A stretch of 64,000 nt of DNA from the NCBI GenBank assembly GCA_017434025.1, contig JAFRGC010000006.1, forward strand, positions 1,454-65,453, written 5' to 3'. Each line of letters starts with the position of its first letter. The stretch's first letter is position 1. This DNA is from Mogibacterium sp. GTDB taxonomy: Bacteria; Bacillota; Clostridia; Peptostreptococcales; Anaerovoracaceae. The translations under genes were made by a program, and so were the position numbers. Under the pieces are notes generated by a model. It had not been told where the DNA came from, searched no databases, and was given only the letters and a program-made list of their open reading frames with translations. Shown piece by piece: positions 1-10,300 of the stretch.

Positions 1-190
1 GTGCTGCAAGTATCAATGATAATGCTCTGTTATAATTGCGGTTGTTCTTCCTGTTATTACTCATCCAGTTCTCCCCGTTATAATTTCCTTCTTCTGCAAC
101 GGGGATATTTTACCACATTTTGGCAGGTCCTTTCAAATCTGACAGTCAGTTGTCAATATCGAACAGGAGCCACCATCCGGCCGGTCCTGT

Positions 191-1399
191 TCAGTTAGCA
201 CTTTTGCTCCTGTTCCTGCCCGTTATCAGGGCTCCCAGCTTCATCAGGTCAGCGGTCGGATGCTCGAATACCCGCAGACTGAAGAAGGCTGTCATGGCGA
301 TCCCAATCAGGAGGTACACCGCCAGCGCGCATGCCATTGAAAGACTGCTGCCGCCAAAAGCATGTCCCGGTATCTGCCCCGCTACGGTCTGGTCGTAAGT
401 CGCGCCGAACAATACTGCAAGCCTCGGCAGGACCTTCCAGGTCCTGAACAGGTAGCAGACCGGTCTGTGCCAGAAGTATACATTCAAGGTTCTGGATCCG
501 GCTGTTGTGATAAACCCATAATCTCTGTCCGGGATAACAATGATGATCGCAAGAGTCAGTATGATCGCGAACAGCCACACAGCGATCCTGATCCACCATC
601 CGTTCCTGACCGCATAACTGAAATACTCCGACAGGAACTCATATGTCCTCCTGCCGGTGAACCATTTGCGCCAGCTGTAGAGACCCCATCTGCCAAATCT
701 GCAGAGCAGGAGTGTGCCAACGATAACGACCCATGCTCCTGCCTTCATCAGGACGCGATGGCTCCCGTCCTCTATCCACGAGAGGAACTTCCTCATATCG
801 AGGTAGTATCCAAGGGCGTAGATCGGCAGGAAGTTGATCATCCTCGACAGGCAGAAGGTATCATTGATCGCAGGAATATATCCGACAGCCGCGCTCATCG
901 CAAACGCAATGGCGATGATCATCCATGGACGCAGCCCTCTGCTTTGCTCTGGAGTGTCCTGTCTGCTGACAACCGTCCCGCCTCCATCGATATGCCTCAT
1001 CACATAGAACAGCAGCTCGTACTCTGCCATCACGAAGAGATACCACGGGATCCCCGGCTCTGCTATCGTGTGCCACAGAGGATGCTGTCCCATCAGGGTC
1101 CTCGTGAACTGCAGGAACAGTTTGAGGCCATATCCGCAGAGGAAGAAACCGAGGACTTTGTCAGAGCGGAGCCTGGTCTCCCCGCGGATGCCAAGCGCCG
1201 CACGCTCTTCGGTAATATACTGCTTGTGGACCAGCCCGGAAATGAATATGAAGGCAGGCATATGGAAGGAATAGATCCACAGCGTGATCCATCTCACCAT
1301 AAAGGAATCGGACACATAATCTGTCGTCATGTGTCCGATCACTACAAGCAATATCAGAAATGCTTTGACATTATCGTACTTATATATCCTCTGTTTCAT
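191..1399 (-). CDS. Acyltransferase family 3 integral-membrane O-acyltransferase (OatA/WecH-like, no SGNH domain)
   Basis: The 402-aa ORF starts MKQRIYKYDNVKAFLILLVVIGHM, which contains the conserved His of acyltransferase_3 proteins. It has about 10 hydrophobic segments and is the last gene of the tagO-LCP unit. Confidence 0.75.
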   Translation of the reverse strand: MKQRIYKYDNVKAFLILLVVIGHMTTDYVSDSFMVRWITLWIYSFHMPAFIFISGLVHKQYITEERAALGIRGETRLRSDKVLGFFLCGYGLKLFLQFTRTLMGQHPLWHTIAEPGIPWYLFVMAEYELLFYVMRHIDGGGTVVSRQDTPEQSRGLRPWMIIAIAFAMSAAVGYIPAINDTFCLSRMINFLPIYALGYYLDMRKFLSWIEDGSHRVLMKAGAWVVIVGTLLLCRFGRWGLYSWRKWFTGRRTYEFLSEYFSYAVRNGWWIRIAVWLFAIILTLAIIIVIPDRDYGFITTAGSRTLNVYFWHRPVCYLFRTWKVLPRLAVLFGATYDQTVAGQIPGHAFGGSSLSMACALAVYLLIGIAMTAFFSLRVFEHPTADLMKLGALITGRNRSKSAN

Positions 1400-1405
1400 G
1401 ATCCA

Positions 1406-2749
1406 TCAGGCTGCTTCGTCAGTCTCGCTGTCCTGATTCCCTGCTTTCCCAGTAAATTTCCTGATAAAGTTGATGAAGCTTTCTTTCTTCTTATTCTCTA
1501 TATATGCCTCGCGGTATGCCTGGACTTCCGCTTCGCTCGGATTCATCACTTCATTGATCTTGTTGAGATTCGCCTGCACGCTGGCCGGATCAGGCTTGTA
1601 TACCTGGAACTTCTGCTCCTGTGTCAGCGACGCTACATAGTCCATATCATACTCGCCTTCGATCTTCTGCATCTGGACATCCCATGTACCGAGATCCTGC
1701 AGCTGCATCTTGACCAGTCTGCTCATGTCATCGGTCGTCATGTTGGTGCTCAGGTTCCTGCCCGCAGCCTTCATGATGTCACCATACTTGGTCAGCAGTA
1801 CCGTTGATGTCGTCATCTTATCGATGCACGCTTTGACGACACGCTGCTGATTCTCGACACGGATCGAGTCCTTGCCTTCGAACGCTTTGCGCTCTCTTGC
1901 GAAGTACAGCGCTTTCTTGCCGGTCATGTGGTTGACACCCTTCTCTATATTGTATCCCCACAGGCTGGTCTTGAACGCTACCGGTGAATATACATCGATC
2001 CCGCCCATCGCGTTGATGATGTCTCTTACAGCGCTGAAATTCATCTTGACATAGTAATTCAGGTCAAGCCCGAGCCATTTCTCAACGGTCTTGATCGTCT
2101 CTTCTACGCCGTAGATTCCGGTATGCGTCAGCTTATCCATCTCCGGGACATGATACAGCTCCACATAGGAATCTCTCGGGATGGAAGTCAGGAGGATCTT
2201 TCTCGTCAGCGGACATACCGTCACTATCATGTTGACGTCGCTGCGCTCGAGATCGTATCCCTTCTCGCTCGCCCACTGGTCTATACCGGTGATATATATA
2301 TTGAAGGATTCCTTCGTTACATCCAGCTGTCCTGCCGGTACTTCCGAGTCATTATTGCCGCTGATACTGGCAAGCATCGCGTAGGTCGATCCCATATAGT
2401 AAGTGCCGAGGCCGAATACTCCGAAGAACACCAGCGCAAGAACAAGCCCGATGATCCTCAGGACTCTGGACTTCCTTGCGATCAGGATCCATACCACGAG
2501 AAGCAGCCCGAACAGAGCGCCTATCAGCCACATCGTCATCTCTGTCGGGAATGAATTCATCACTGCCATCATAGCAAGAAAAGCGATGGCCAGCAGTGCC
2601 ATCAGCAGCAGGACCACCATATATCCCGGTTTCTCCGGTAAGATCCTCAGAATGCCTTTTCTCTTCTTGACTTTCTTGGTTTTCTTGGCGGTCTTGACTG
2701 GCTTTGCAGCCTGTTCCACCGCCTTGTTGTTATTATCAGTCTCTGACAT
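1406..2749 (-). CDS. LytR-CpsA-Psr (LCP) family wall-polymer ligase
   Basis: A basic N-terminus and one TM helix precede LCP motifs (RSDVNMIVTV, LTSIPRDSYV, INAMGGIDV, ALYFARERK). I prefer the ATG at 2749 with GGAGGAG upstream; the ORF track extends to a TTG at 2770. The gene overlaps the tagO 3' end by 14 nt. Confidence 0.85.
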   Translation of the reverse strand: MSETDNNNKAVEQAAKPVKTAKKTKKVKKRKGILRILPEKPGYMVVLLLMALLAIAFLAMMAVMNSFPTEMTMWLIGALFGLLLVVWILIARKSRVLRIIGLVLALVFFGVFGLGTYYMGSTYAMLASISGNNDSEVPAGQLDVTKESFNIYITGIDQWASEKGYDLERSDVNMIVTVCPLTRKILLTSIPRDSYVELYHVPEMDKLTHTGIYGVEETIKTVEKWLGLDLNYYVKMNFSAVRDIINAMGGIDVYSPVAFKTSLWGYNIEKGVNHMTGKKALYFARERKAFEGKDSIRVENQQRVVKACIDKMTTSTVLLTKYGDIMKAAGRNLSTNMTTDDMSRLVKMQLQDLGTWDVQMQKIEGEYDMDYVASLTQEQKFQVYKPDPASVQANLNKINEVMNPSEAEVQAYREAYIENKKKESFINFIRKFTGKAGNQDSETDEAA

Positions 2750-4088
2750 CAGCGTCGTTCTCCTCCGCAAGATCTCTGTCCTGCGCCTCTACCTGGCCTT
2801 TGACCAGTTCTCTGTATTTTCTCTCTGTCTCTGTATTCTTGATATCAGCTGTCTCTTCCAGCAGCTCTTCCAGAAGTTCTTCTTTGACTTCCTCTCTGAG
2901 CTCTTGTCTGAGTTCTTCCTTGATCTCTTCCTGAAGTCTGCGTCTCATCTCACGCTGATGATTGAGCAGCATTGCGAACTGCTCCTTCTCGATGTCTCTC
3001 GCATCCTGCGTGATGATCGTGCGCAGGTTCTTCTTAGGTAATTTCGGCACTACGATAATAGCGAGATACAGCAGCGCGATCATCGCCAGCATCAATGCAT
3101 CCAGATAAAGCTCACGGCTGATCAGCACCGCCACGATTCCCATGATGCCTACGATACCGTACATGATCAGCACGGACCTTCTCTGGCCGATCCCCGCAGC
3201 CATCAGATGATGATGAAGATGGCCTTTGTCGGCTTTCATGATGGACTCATGCCTCATGATCCTCCTCAGCATCGCAAACGCAGTATCCAGGATCGGTACT
3301 GCCAGTGCCAGCATAGGGATTACCGCACCGACGAAGGTAGCTCGTTTGAGCGGGGAGATGACAGAAAGCACAGCAATCATGTAGCCTAAGTACAGCGCGC
3401 CTCCATCACCCATAAACGTCTTAGCCGGCGAGAAATTATACGGAAGGAATCCGATGCAGCCGCCTGCAACAGCTATCAGGGCTATGCATACAGACATAGC
3501 GCCCAGCCTTGCTCCGTGGATATACGCAACATAAGCCAGCGACAGAGCCATGATCGCTGTCGAGCCCGCAGCCAGACCGTCCAGACCATCCATCAGGTTG
3601 ACGGCGTTCGTGACACCTACGATCCACAGCACTGTGATGATAAAGCCTACTCCGGTGCCGAGTATGATATTCGCATTCGAATCAACCGTAGCGGAACCGA
3701 AATAGTTGCTGATGAACCTGATCCTGATCCCCATGGAGTATACCAGAGCAGCGATACCAGCCTGGCACGCGAATTTGACGATCGGCTTGAGGTCCGCAAT
3801 ATCGTCAGCCACGCCGACCGCATACATGAGAATACCCCCCATCATGGCAATCTTGATGTTGACGTTCATTCCGGCCGGAATGACCAAGGCAGCCATAGAA
3901 CCCAGGAAAATACCCATACCGCCCAATCTCGGGATCGGGCGTTTGTGTACTCTCCGGTCATCTCTCGGCCTGTCAATGACATCCAGCTTATACGCCAGCT
4001 TGATGCTCAGAGGGGTCGTCAAAGCAGCGATCGTCACAGCGATCACGAAGACCAGTATTATTCTTTGCAGATAGAATGTTAATACCAT
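2736..4088 (-). CDS. tagO: Undecaprenyl-phosphate N-acetylhexosamine-1-phosphate transferase (MraY/WecA/TagO family) with a charged C-terminal extension
   Basis: Contains DRPRDDRRVHKRPIPRLGG and NAVNLMDGLDGLAAG motifs and about 10 TM segments. An additional roughly 100-aa E/K/R-rich tail follows the last TM. Confidence 0.8.
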   Translation of the reverse strand: MVLTFYLQRIILVFVIAVTIAALTTPLSIKLAYKLDVIDRPRDDRRVHKRPIPRLGGMGIFLGSMAALVIPAGMNVNIKIAMMGGILMYAVGVADDIADLKPIVKFACQAGIAALVYSMGIRIRFISNYFGSATVDSNANIILGTGVGFIITVLWIVGVTNAVNLMDGLDGLAAGSTAIMALSLAYVAYIHGARLGAMSVCIALIAVAGGCIGFLPYNFSPAKTFMGDGGALYLGYMIAVLSVISPLKRATFVGAVIPMLALAVPILDTAFAMLRRIMRHESIMKADKGHLHHHLMAAGIGQRRSVLIMYGIVGIMGIVAVLISRELYLDALMLAMIALLYLAIIVVPKLPKKNLRTIITQDARDIEKEQFAMLLNHQREMRRRLQEEIKEELRQELREEVKEELLEELLEETADIKNTETERKYRELVKGQVEAQDRDLAEENDADVRD

Positions 4089-4121
4089 TTAGTTTCTTTG
4101 TGTAAAGCTCTCGTCTGATTT

Positions 4122-5906
4122 CTAGAAACTGCCAAGATCGAATACATAGTTGTCTCTCATGTAGTGGCTTACTACCTTAGTCTTGACGGTCTTGTATTTC
4201 GTCTTGTATTTCCAGACTTTCTTCTTCTTATATTTCCACTTGCCTTTGACTTTCTTCCACTTGACCCTCTTGGTCACTTTCTTCCATTTGACCTTGTAAG
4301 CGACTTTCTTGTCGACCCATTTGTACTGCGGATTATTATAGTACTCTGTCAGGTAGAAGTGTTCTCTGCCATCGGCAGCTGCAGTATGGAAGATGCTCTC
4401 GGCTTCATGCGATGTCCCCAGTTTGATGACAGCATCCGGTGAACCATCGCCTGAATTATTGCACTTCCATGCGCTCTTAACATATTTCTCTTCCCCGTTT
4501 GCTACAGGAAGGAGTTTCTCGCTGTTCCAGTCCAGCGTGATGATCAGATTGGAGCTCTGATTCTTCCCGTCTGAACTGAGCAGCAGATAGACATATCTGT
4601 CATCAGCATCCATCGCCTGATATACGCCAGGATACTTCGCGTTGATCTTAGTCAACGCCAGACCGATCGCCTGGAAAGTATCCGGGTCGAACATCATGAT
4701 CTCATGATCGTTCCTCATCAGGGCGAGGTAGCAGTCATATCTCTCGCTGTAAGCCACGGCAGCAATGCCGTAACTCTTCTGCGATGCGGTATAGGTTCCG
4801 TTCTTGCCGTTGTAGTAGCTGTACTTGACGTTAGCCTGTCTGGTGATCGTCAGGGCGTCCGCGTCGATGCATGTGAGTTCCTGTCTGCGCTCTTCTCTCG
4901 AATTGACAACGAGCAGATGGCGCTTTGAATCGTATGTCATGCCATTACCGTGGCTGACATTGAGGATAGCTGACTTCTTGATCAGCTTGTTGTCACTCAT
5001 CCTGACTTTGGCGACAATGCCCTTCTGTGTGTACGACGACACCATCAGGTAGTAAGCATATGTCCCGTCAGTGCACGCGCCCTGGACGACAGCATATCCT
5101 GCGTGTCCCTGCCCGATCATCTTCCTGAGGTTGATCGCCGAACCGCCGGCAGTGAGCTTGGACGGGCTCTTGATCGTCCTGCTGGAGATCGCCTTACGGA
5201 AATTCTGATTGAATGTCACTACAGCGACCTTGTCTGATGCCGCAATAATAATACCATCCGCGTCAAGTGCCTCGACATGCAGCTCATATAATCCGTCCAG
5301 GCCAGTGAGTTCGCAAGCTGCGTCCGCTGCTGAGACCTGTACTGCTGTCTTGCCGTCCTTCTCCGCGTATGCTATATAAGAGACCGCACCTTCGAATGCG
5401 TCCCATGTCAGAGATGCTTTGCCGGCTCCGTCCGGTACTGCTTTGAGGTTCTCGATGACGCCGAGTTCGGCAGGGTCTTCATCTCCTGTATCACCGCTCT
5501 CATCACCGGCGCCTTCCTCAACAATGTCTTCTGCAGCACTTTTCACAGCAGCAGGTTCTTCCTGATCCTCTGCCTGAACATCAACAGGTTCCACTGTCTG
5601 ATCCGGCTCGCCTTGTACTGCAGTCTCATTTCTGTCATCAGAAGACTGCCCGTCTGCCCCCGCTGTCTGATCAGCAGAGTCTGCAGGCACTACATCCTGT
5701 CCGCCGGAAGAGGCATCGTTACTCTGTCCGGCTTCCTCCGCATTGCTCTGTTCTGTTTCGACTGATTCTGATGTGACAGTGCTATCTGCAGCTGCTTCCC
5801 CGTCATCAGCCCAAACCGCTTCGAATGCGGATCCGCACATCGACAGGGTCATCATCAGCGTCAGCAGCAATGCACCGGTTCTCTTGATCAAATCTCTCCT
5901 CTTCAT
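4122..5906 (-). CDS. Secreted protein: signal peptide, acidic low-complexity region, FN3-like module, uncharacterised beta-propeller-like domain, Lys/Trp-rich C-terminal tail
   Basis: The N-terminus is MKRRDLIKRTGALLLTLMMTLSMCGSAFEAVWA. There is an FN3-like LTWDAFEGAVSYIAY segment. The central domain shares recurring G-x-x-Y-D/hydrophobic blade-like motifs with the 13202-14749 product. Confidence 0.6.
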   Translation of the reverse strand: MKRRDLIKRTGALLLTLMMTLSMCGSAFEAVWADDGEAAADSTVTSESVETEQSNAEEAGQSNDASSGGQDVVPADSADQTAGADGQSSDDRNETAVQGEPDQTVEPVDVQAEDQEEPAAVKSAAEDIVEEGAGDESGDTGDEDPAELGVIENLKAVPDGAGKASLTWDAFEGAVSYIAYAEKDGKTAVQVSAADAACELTGLDGLYELHVEALDADGIIIAASDKVAVVTFNQNFRKAISSRTIKSPSKLTAGGSAINLRKMIGQGHAGYAVVQGACTDGTYAYYLMVSSYTQKGIVAKVRMSDNKLIKKSAILNVSHGNGMTYDSKRHLLVVNSREERRQELTCIDADALTITRQANVKYSYYNGKNGTYTASQKSYGIAAVAYSERYDCYLALMRNDHEIMMFDPDTFQAIGLALTKINAKYPGVYQAMDADDRYVYLLLSSDGKNQSSNLIITLDWNSEKLLPVANGEEKYVKSAWKCNNSGDGSPDAVIKLGTSHEAESIFHTAAADGREHFYLTEYYNNPQYKWVDKKVAYKVKWKKVTKRVKWKKVKGKWKYKKKKVWKYKTKYKTVKTKVVSHYMRDNYVFDLGSF

Positions 5907-6002
5907 GATATCTCACTTCTCTTTCGGATCGATCTATGCATATACTCTTTCACTATGATTTTATATTGTATTGACCTCCCGATGTGCTAAGTTGTACAGA
6001 TT

Positions 6003-6037
6003 TTAAGAAAGCAAACGCCGGATCATGGCGATCCGGC
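6003..6037 (-). terminator. Rho-independent terminator after pgi
   Basis: An 8-bp GC-rich stem (GCCGGATC / GATCCGGC, 5-nt loop) is followed on the minus strand by GTTTGCTTTCTT. Confidence 0.6.
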
Positions 6038-6052
6038 AGGTATTGCTGTATT

Positions 6053-7288
6053 CTACTGTCCGAGAAGATTTCTGATCTCCTGCTTGTAGTCTTCTACTCC
6101 AGGCTGGTTGAACGGATCGATGCACATCAGTTTGCCGGTAACTGCGGCTGTCATCATGAAGAAGTACAGCAGCTGTCCGAGTGAGTACTCTGTCATATCC
6201 TCGACATCAATGCGTACGATCTGGATATCTGCCTTCCTGTGTGCTGCCATTACACCCTTGACTGCCATCTTGTTGATGTCGTTCAGTGATCTGCCGGCAA
6301 GTTCAGGTCCTGCTGATTCAGGAACGATCACATCAGCGTCTCTGTTCAGCACGTTGATGACTGTCTCGAAGAAGATCTGTGTGCCTTCCTGGAGGAACTG
6401 TCCCATGGAGTGCAGGTCGGTCGAGAATGTCAGCGAAGCCGGGAACAGGCCTTTGCCTTCCTTGCCTTCGCTCTCGCCGAAGAGCTGTTTGCACCATTCG
6501 CCGATCAGTCTCATCGAAGGATCATAGTATTCGAATACTTCGATGTGCTTGCCCTGCTGGTTGAGTGCATATCTTGTCAGAGCGTATCTGACGCCTTCGT
6601 TCTTCCAGTATTCTTTGTCCGCCTGGACTGCTTTCGCTCCGCCTACGAATGCTTCAATGTCGACTCCTGCAACTGCGAGCGGGAACATGATGCCAGGTGT
6701 GAAAGCGGAATATCTGCCGCCGATATTGGACGGGATCTCGAAGGTCACATAACCCTCTGCATCAGACTCCTCTCTGAGGATTCCCTTATGCGGGTCGGTG
6801 ATCGCGACGATCCTTGCAGCAGTCTCTTCTCTGCCGTACTTCTCGTACATCCATCCTTTGATGATGCTGAACGCCAGTCTGCTCTCCATCGTTCCGCCGG
6901 ACTTGGAGACAACGCAGACACATACGTCATGCTCATCAACGACCTTCTTGAGACCTGCATGATAGAAGCCGCTCATGTTGTTGCCGGCATATACCAGTTC
7001 AGGGTATCCTTCTTTGCTGCCTCCGAGGGCCTCAAGGACTGCTGCTGTGCCGAGATAGGATCCGCCGATACCGATAACGATGAGCCTGTCACACTTGCCT
7101 CTGATGTCCTCAGCGACAGTCTTCATCTTCTCCATCCACTCTGCAGGAAGTGTCACAGGCCAGTTGACCCATCCTGTATAGGCTTCCTTGTCTTCGCGGA
7201 GTTCGTCCATGATAGCCAGGGCTCTGTTGTAATCTGCATCGCTATATACAGCAGATGCTGCAAATTCAGTGTTGAGGTTGATCTTCAT
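6053..7288 (-). CDS. pgi: Glucose-6-phosphate isomerase
   Basis: Firmicute-type Pgi of about 410-420 aa with IGIGGSYLG, a GGRYS-type signature (GGRYSAFT) and ESEGKEG. The start is uncertain among in-frame ATGs at 7321, 7297 and 7288; the GGGGGA Shine-Dalgarno spacing favours 7288. Confidence 0.9.
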   Translation of the reverse strand: MKINLNTEFAASAVYSDADYNRALAIMDELREDKEAYTGWVNWPVTLPAEWMEKMKTVAEDIRGKCDRLIVIGIGGSYLGTAAVLEALGGSKEGYPELVYAGNNMSGFYHAGLKKVVDEHDVCVCVVSKSGGTMESRLAFSIIKGWMYEKYGREETAARIVAITDPHKGILREESDAEGYVTFEIPSNIGGRYSAFTPGIMFPLAVAGVDIEAFVGGAKAVQADKEYWKNEGVRYALTRYALNQQGKHIEVFEYYDPSMRLIGEWCKQLFGESEGKEGKGLFPASLTFSTDLHSMGQFLQEGTQIFFETVINVLNRDADVIVPESAGPELAGRSLNDINKMAVKGVMAAHRKADIQIVRIDVEDMTEYSLGQLLYFFMMTAAVTGKLMCIDPFNQPGVEDYKQEIRNLLGQ

Positions 7289-7350
7289 TTCTTTCATTCC
7301 CCCTTCGTTTAGATATGTCATTGTATTACTCTTATCTGATGATTATGTGA

Positions 7351-10300
7351 TCAGTATCCCTTTTTCTTGAGATACTCGTATGTACGCTTGCTGTTATCAT
7401 TGTCTATATACTTGAAATATTTCGGTCTCATCTCTCTGGCGCGCTCGCTCTCCGTGAATCCGTCAGCGATATTGCGCTTGATGCTCTCGATCACATCCGG
7501 GAGCTCGGTATATCTCTCGCCGAACAGATCGTGCTCCATATCCAGGTAGCTGCCGTGGTTCTCCATGTACATGTCATAGTCGAACTGGTAGAAGACGACC
7601 GGTTTGCCCATGTAGTAGACATCCCAGCATACGCTCGAGTAGTCTGTGATGAGCATGGAACAGTGCATCATGATCTCGTTGAGCGGACGGCTGCCAAACT
7701 GCACGAGTTCGATGTTCTCACTCGACGAGCTGAACTTGCCGAGGAAGTCCTTGAACTTCGGATGTATGAAGAATATGAGCTTGACGTCGTTGTCCTTGAG
7801 ACACTTGTCGAGCGACTCATCCTGCAGCATCGTCATGTAGTTGCGGAAGTAGTCACTTGCCAGGAAGTCCTCGTCTGTCTTCTCTTCCAGCCATGCTCTC
7901 CAGGTCGGCATCACGAGGATGAGCTTCTCGTCAGGCGTGGATTTGTCCTCGAGCACGTCCCATCTGGTGAAGCCTACCACCGGAGCGTTGGCTGGTGAAT
8001 AGCCAAAATATTCATCCATGATCCGCTGCTCATAGTCCGACGTGGTCGTGATGTGTGTCATCGGGCTGCTGCCGTCTGCGCCGAATATGCTGTCGACTCT
8101 CTTGAGCGCCGTGACTCCGTGCTGCAGGAAATGGATCGGTTTCCTGCGCATCCTGCCGGATACCAGATTCGGTTTTGGCCTCCATACGTACAGGTGCTTG
8201 CGCGAGTCTGAACCGACGTAGACTCTGGCAGCGATGCAGTACAGCATGTGCCGGAAGCTCATGAACTGCAGCACATGGTCTGCGTACGGCTTGAGATTCT
8301 TCTCATAGTCGCGGGCGTTCTTGTCGATCACGAAGTAGATGTTCTTCTTCTCTGCATCGGACAGGTTATCCATACAGTACTTGAAGAAATAGTATCCATT
8401 ATCCTGAGCGGCAGAACAGAACTTCTCGAAGACCAGCCAGATGTGGCGCTTGCTGTAAAGTCTGCCGAAGATCCTGAAGTAGATGTATGCGGCTACTTCC
8501 TTGAATCTCGTCGACCGGTTGTCGTAAGGTGTCTTCTCTCTGTGCGTGAACGCGAGTGTCTCAAACAGCGAGATGTGCGGAAACGCAATATAATCGCCGA
8601 GGTCGCACTGATAGAACAGTGACTTGAGCCATTTGCGCTGCATCTTGCTGAGCATCGCATGGTACTTGTCCTCCGCTCCGTCCTTCTCGGTCAGGATGAA
8701 CATATCCCAGTAGACACAGCCGTGTTTGAGCACGGTCAGATCCGCGTCCGCCTTGATCCTGTAACGGTCCCTGTCCTCTTGCACGGTGTACGTGAGGCTG
8801 TGTGTGATGCTCTCGATGTTGCTGCGGTACTCGAGGATCACATCCTTGATGGTCCCTATCGAGACCGGGCAACTAAGCTCCACGTATGTATGTGTTCCGG
8901 ATGTACGGAATGATTCAACATTCACGCGTATAGGGCGATACTTCGTTGACGAAGCGATGTTCAGTTCACCGACCTGCCTCTTGCGGTTGCGCTGCCTTAC
9001 GGCTTTCTTCGCAGCCTTGGTCTTGATCAGTGCCTCACCGATCGTCTTCGGTACGGACTCTGTCGTGAAGATATACTCGAAAGCATCCGCGTAATCGTCT
9101 CTGATCCTCTTGCCGATCCTCTCGGAGATATGCGACTGGTGGAACACCACCAGATCGTTGTCAGGATCGATGCTCTCTGCGAAAACATCAACGTCGAACG
9201 GCGTCGCGAGTTTGCCGCAGTCTACCAGATGCCATGCTTTGTCCTTGTTGACCGACAGATCTGTGACCACCATATCGCCGGCATCGCCGCTGATCATGTA
9301 TTTCATCAGATCGGCCGCCGCAGTGACGGTATCGTAGCCGGTGAATCTCTTCCTGTAGGACTCTGCGTCTTCATAGCTGAGATCCTTGTATGATCCGGAC
9401 CTGAATACTTCGGTGAGTTCCTCCAGCGTGTCGACTCTGAGGAACGGCAGCTCCTCTATGCCGAAATACATGCCTCTCTCAGAGACATAATTATCGTAGT
9501 CGTAAGTGAAAAGGATGATCGGCTTGCCCGTGATGGAGTAGTCGAAGAATATACTGGAATAGTCTGTGATCAGCGCGTCAACGCTGTTGATGAAATCGTA
9601 CTTCTCGACTCCCTGCGGGAACTTGAAAATGTGCTTCATGCCCTCCAGGTCCAATCCGCTCTGCACGATCGGATGGAGGTTGACGTAGAGCTTCTGATCA
9701 TCGCTGAGTGCCTCATCCATCACTTTGAGCTGTGCGGTGATCTCCCGGGTCTGATCCTCCTGAGAAATGTTCTTGTTATCAGCGCCGCGCCAGGTCGGCA
9801 TGTACGCGAGGGTACTGATGCCGTCATCTCCGCATTGGTGCTTGACCTCTGCAGCTTTCGCCTTATCGCAGAATACGGAGTTGCGCGGGTAACCATGCGT
9901 GATCACTTTGCCTGTGAAAAGCTCATTGAGGTTGTAGTCGCGCATGATCGCTTCCCTGGTGAAATCATTCGGGAAGAGCAGATGACTCGCCTGCAGGAAG
10001 TTATGCTGTGCGTTGTGCATCGTCTCGATGCCGCCCTTCATCTGCTTGCCGAGTGTCTTCCACGGAGTTCCATGCCAGGTCTGCAGATACTGCTGCCCTT
10101 CTCTTCTGATGTAATAGGAAGGGAATGAGCTGTTGTTGATCAGCAGGCCTGCTGTTGCGAGCAGTTTTGCGTACTCATTCGAATGGATGTGGACCAGCTC
10201 GATATCCAGTCCGAGAGCCGCTATGACTTTGCTGTCCCTCTCGAGATCGGTCGTCGAGAAATACAGTCTGTAGTCTGCGGCCTCAGGCATTGCAAGCAGA

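Noticed and set aside
1-190. Left edge: possible partial gene or terminator (TCCCCGTT...AACGGGGA complementarity, 65-aa plus-strand ORF)
   Set aside because: The hairpin would have an 18-nt loop and no U-tract. The plus-strand ORF is Cys/Ser/Tyr-rich junk with no Shine-Dalgarno sequence. There is too little sequence to support any call.
362-1807. 481-aa plus-strand ORF, the longest plus-strand ORF in the first 10 kb
   Set aside because: It is entirely antisense to the acyltransferase_3 and LCP genes, which have clear family motifs. Its composition is Arg/Pro/His/Ser-skewed and low-complexity, and I saw no Shine-Dalgarno sequence. It is a typical shadow ORF.
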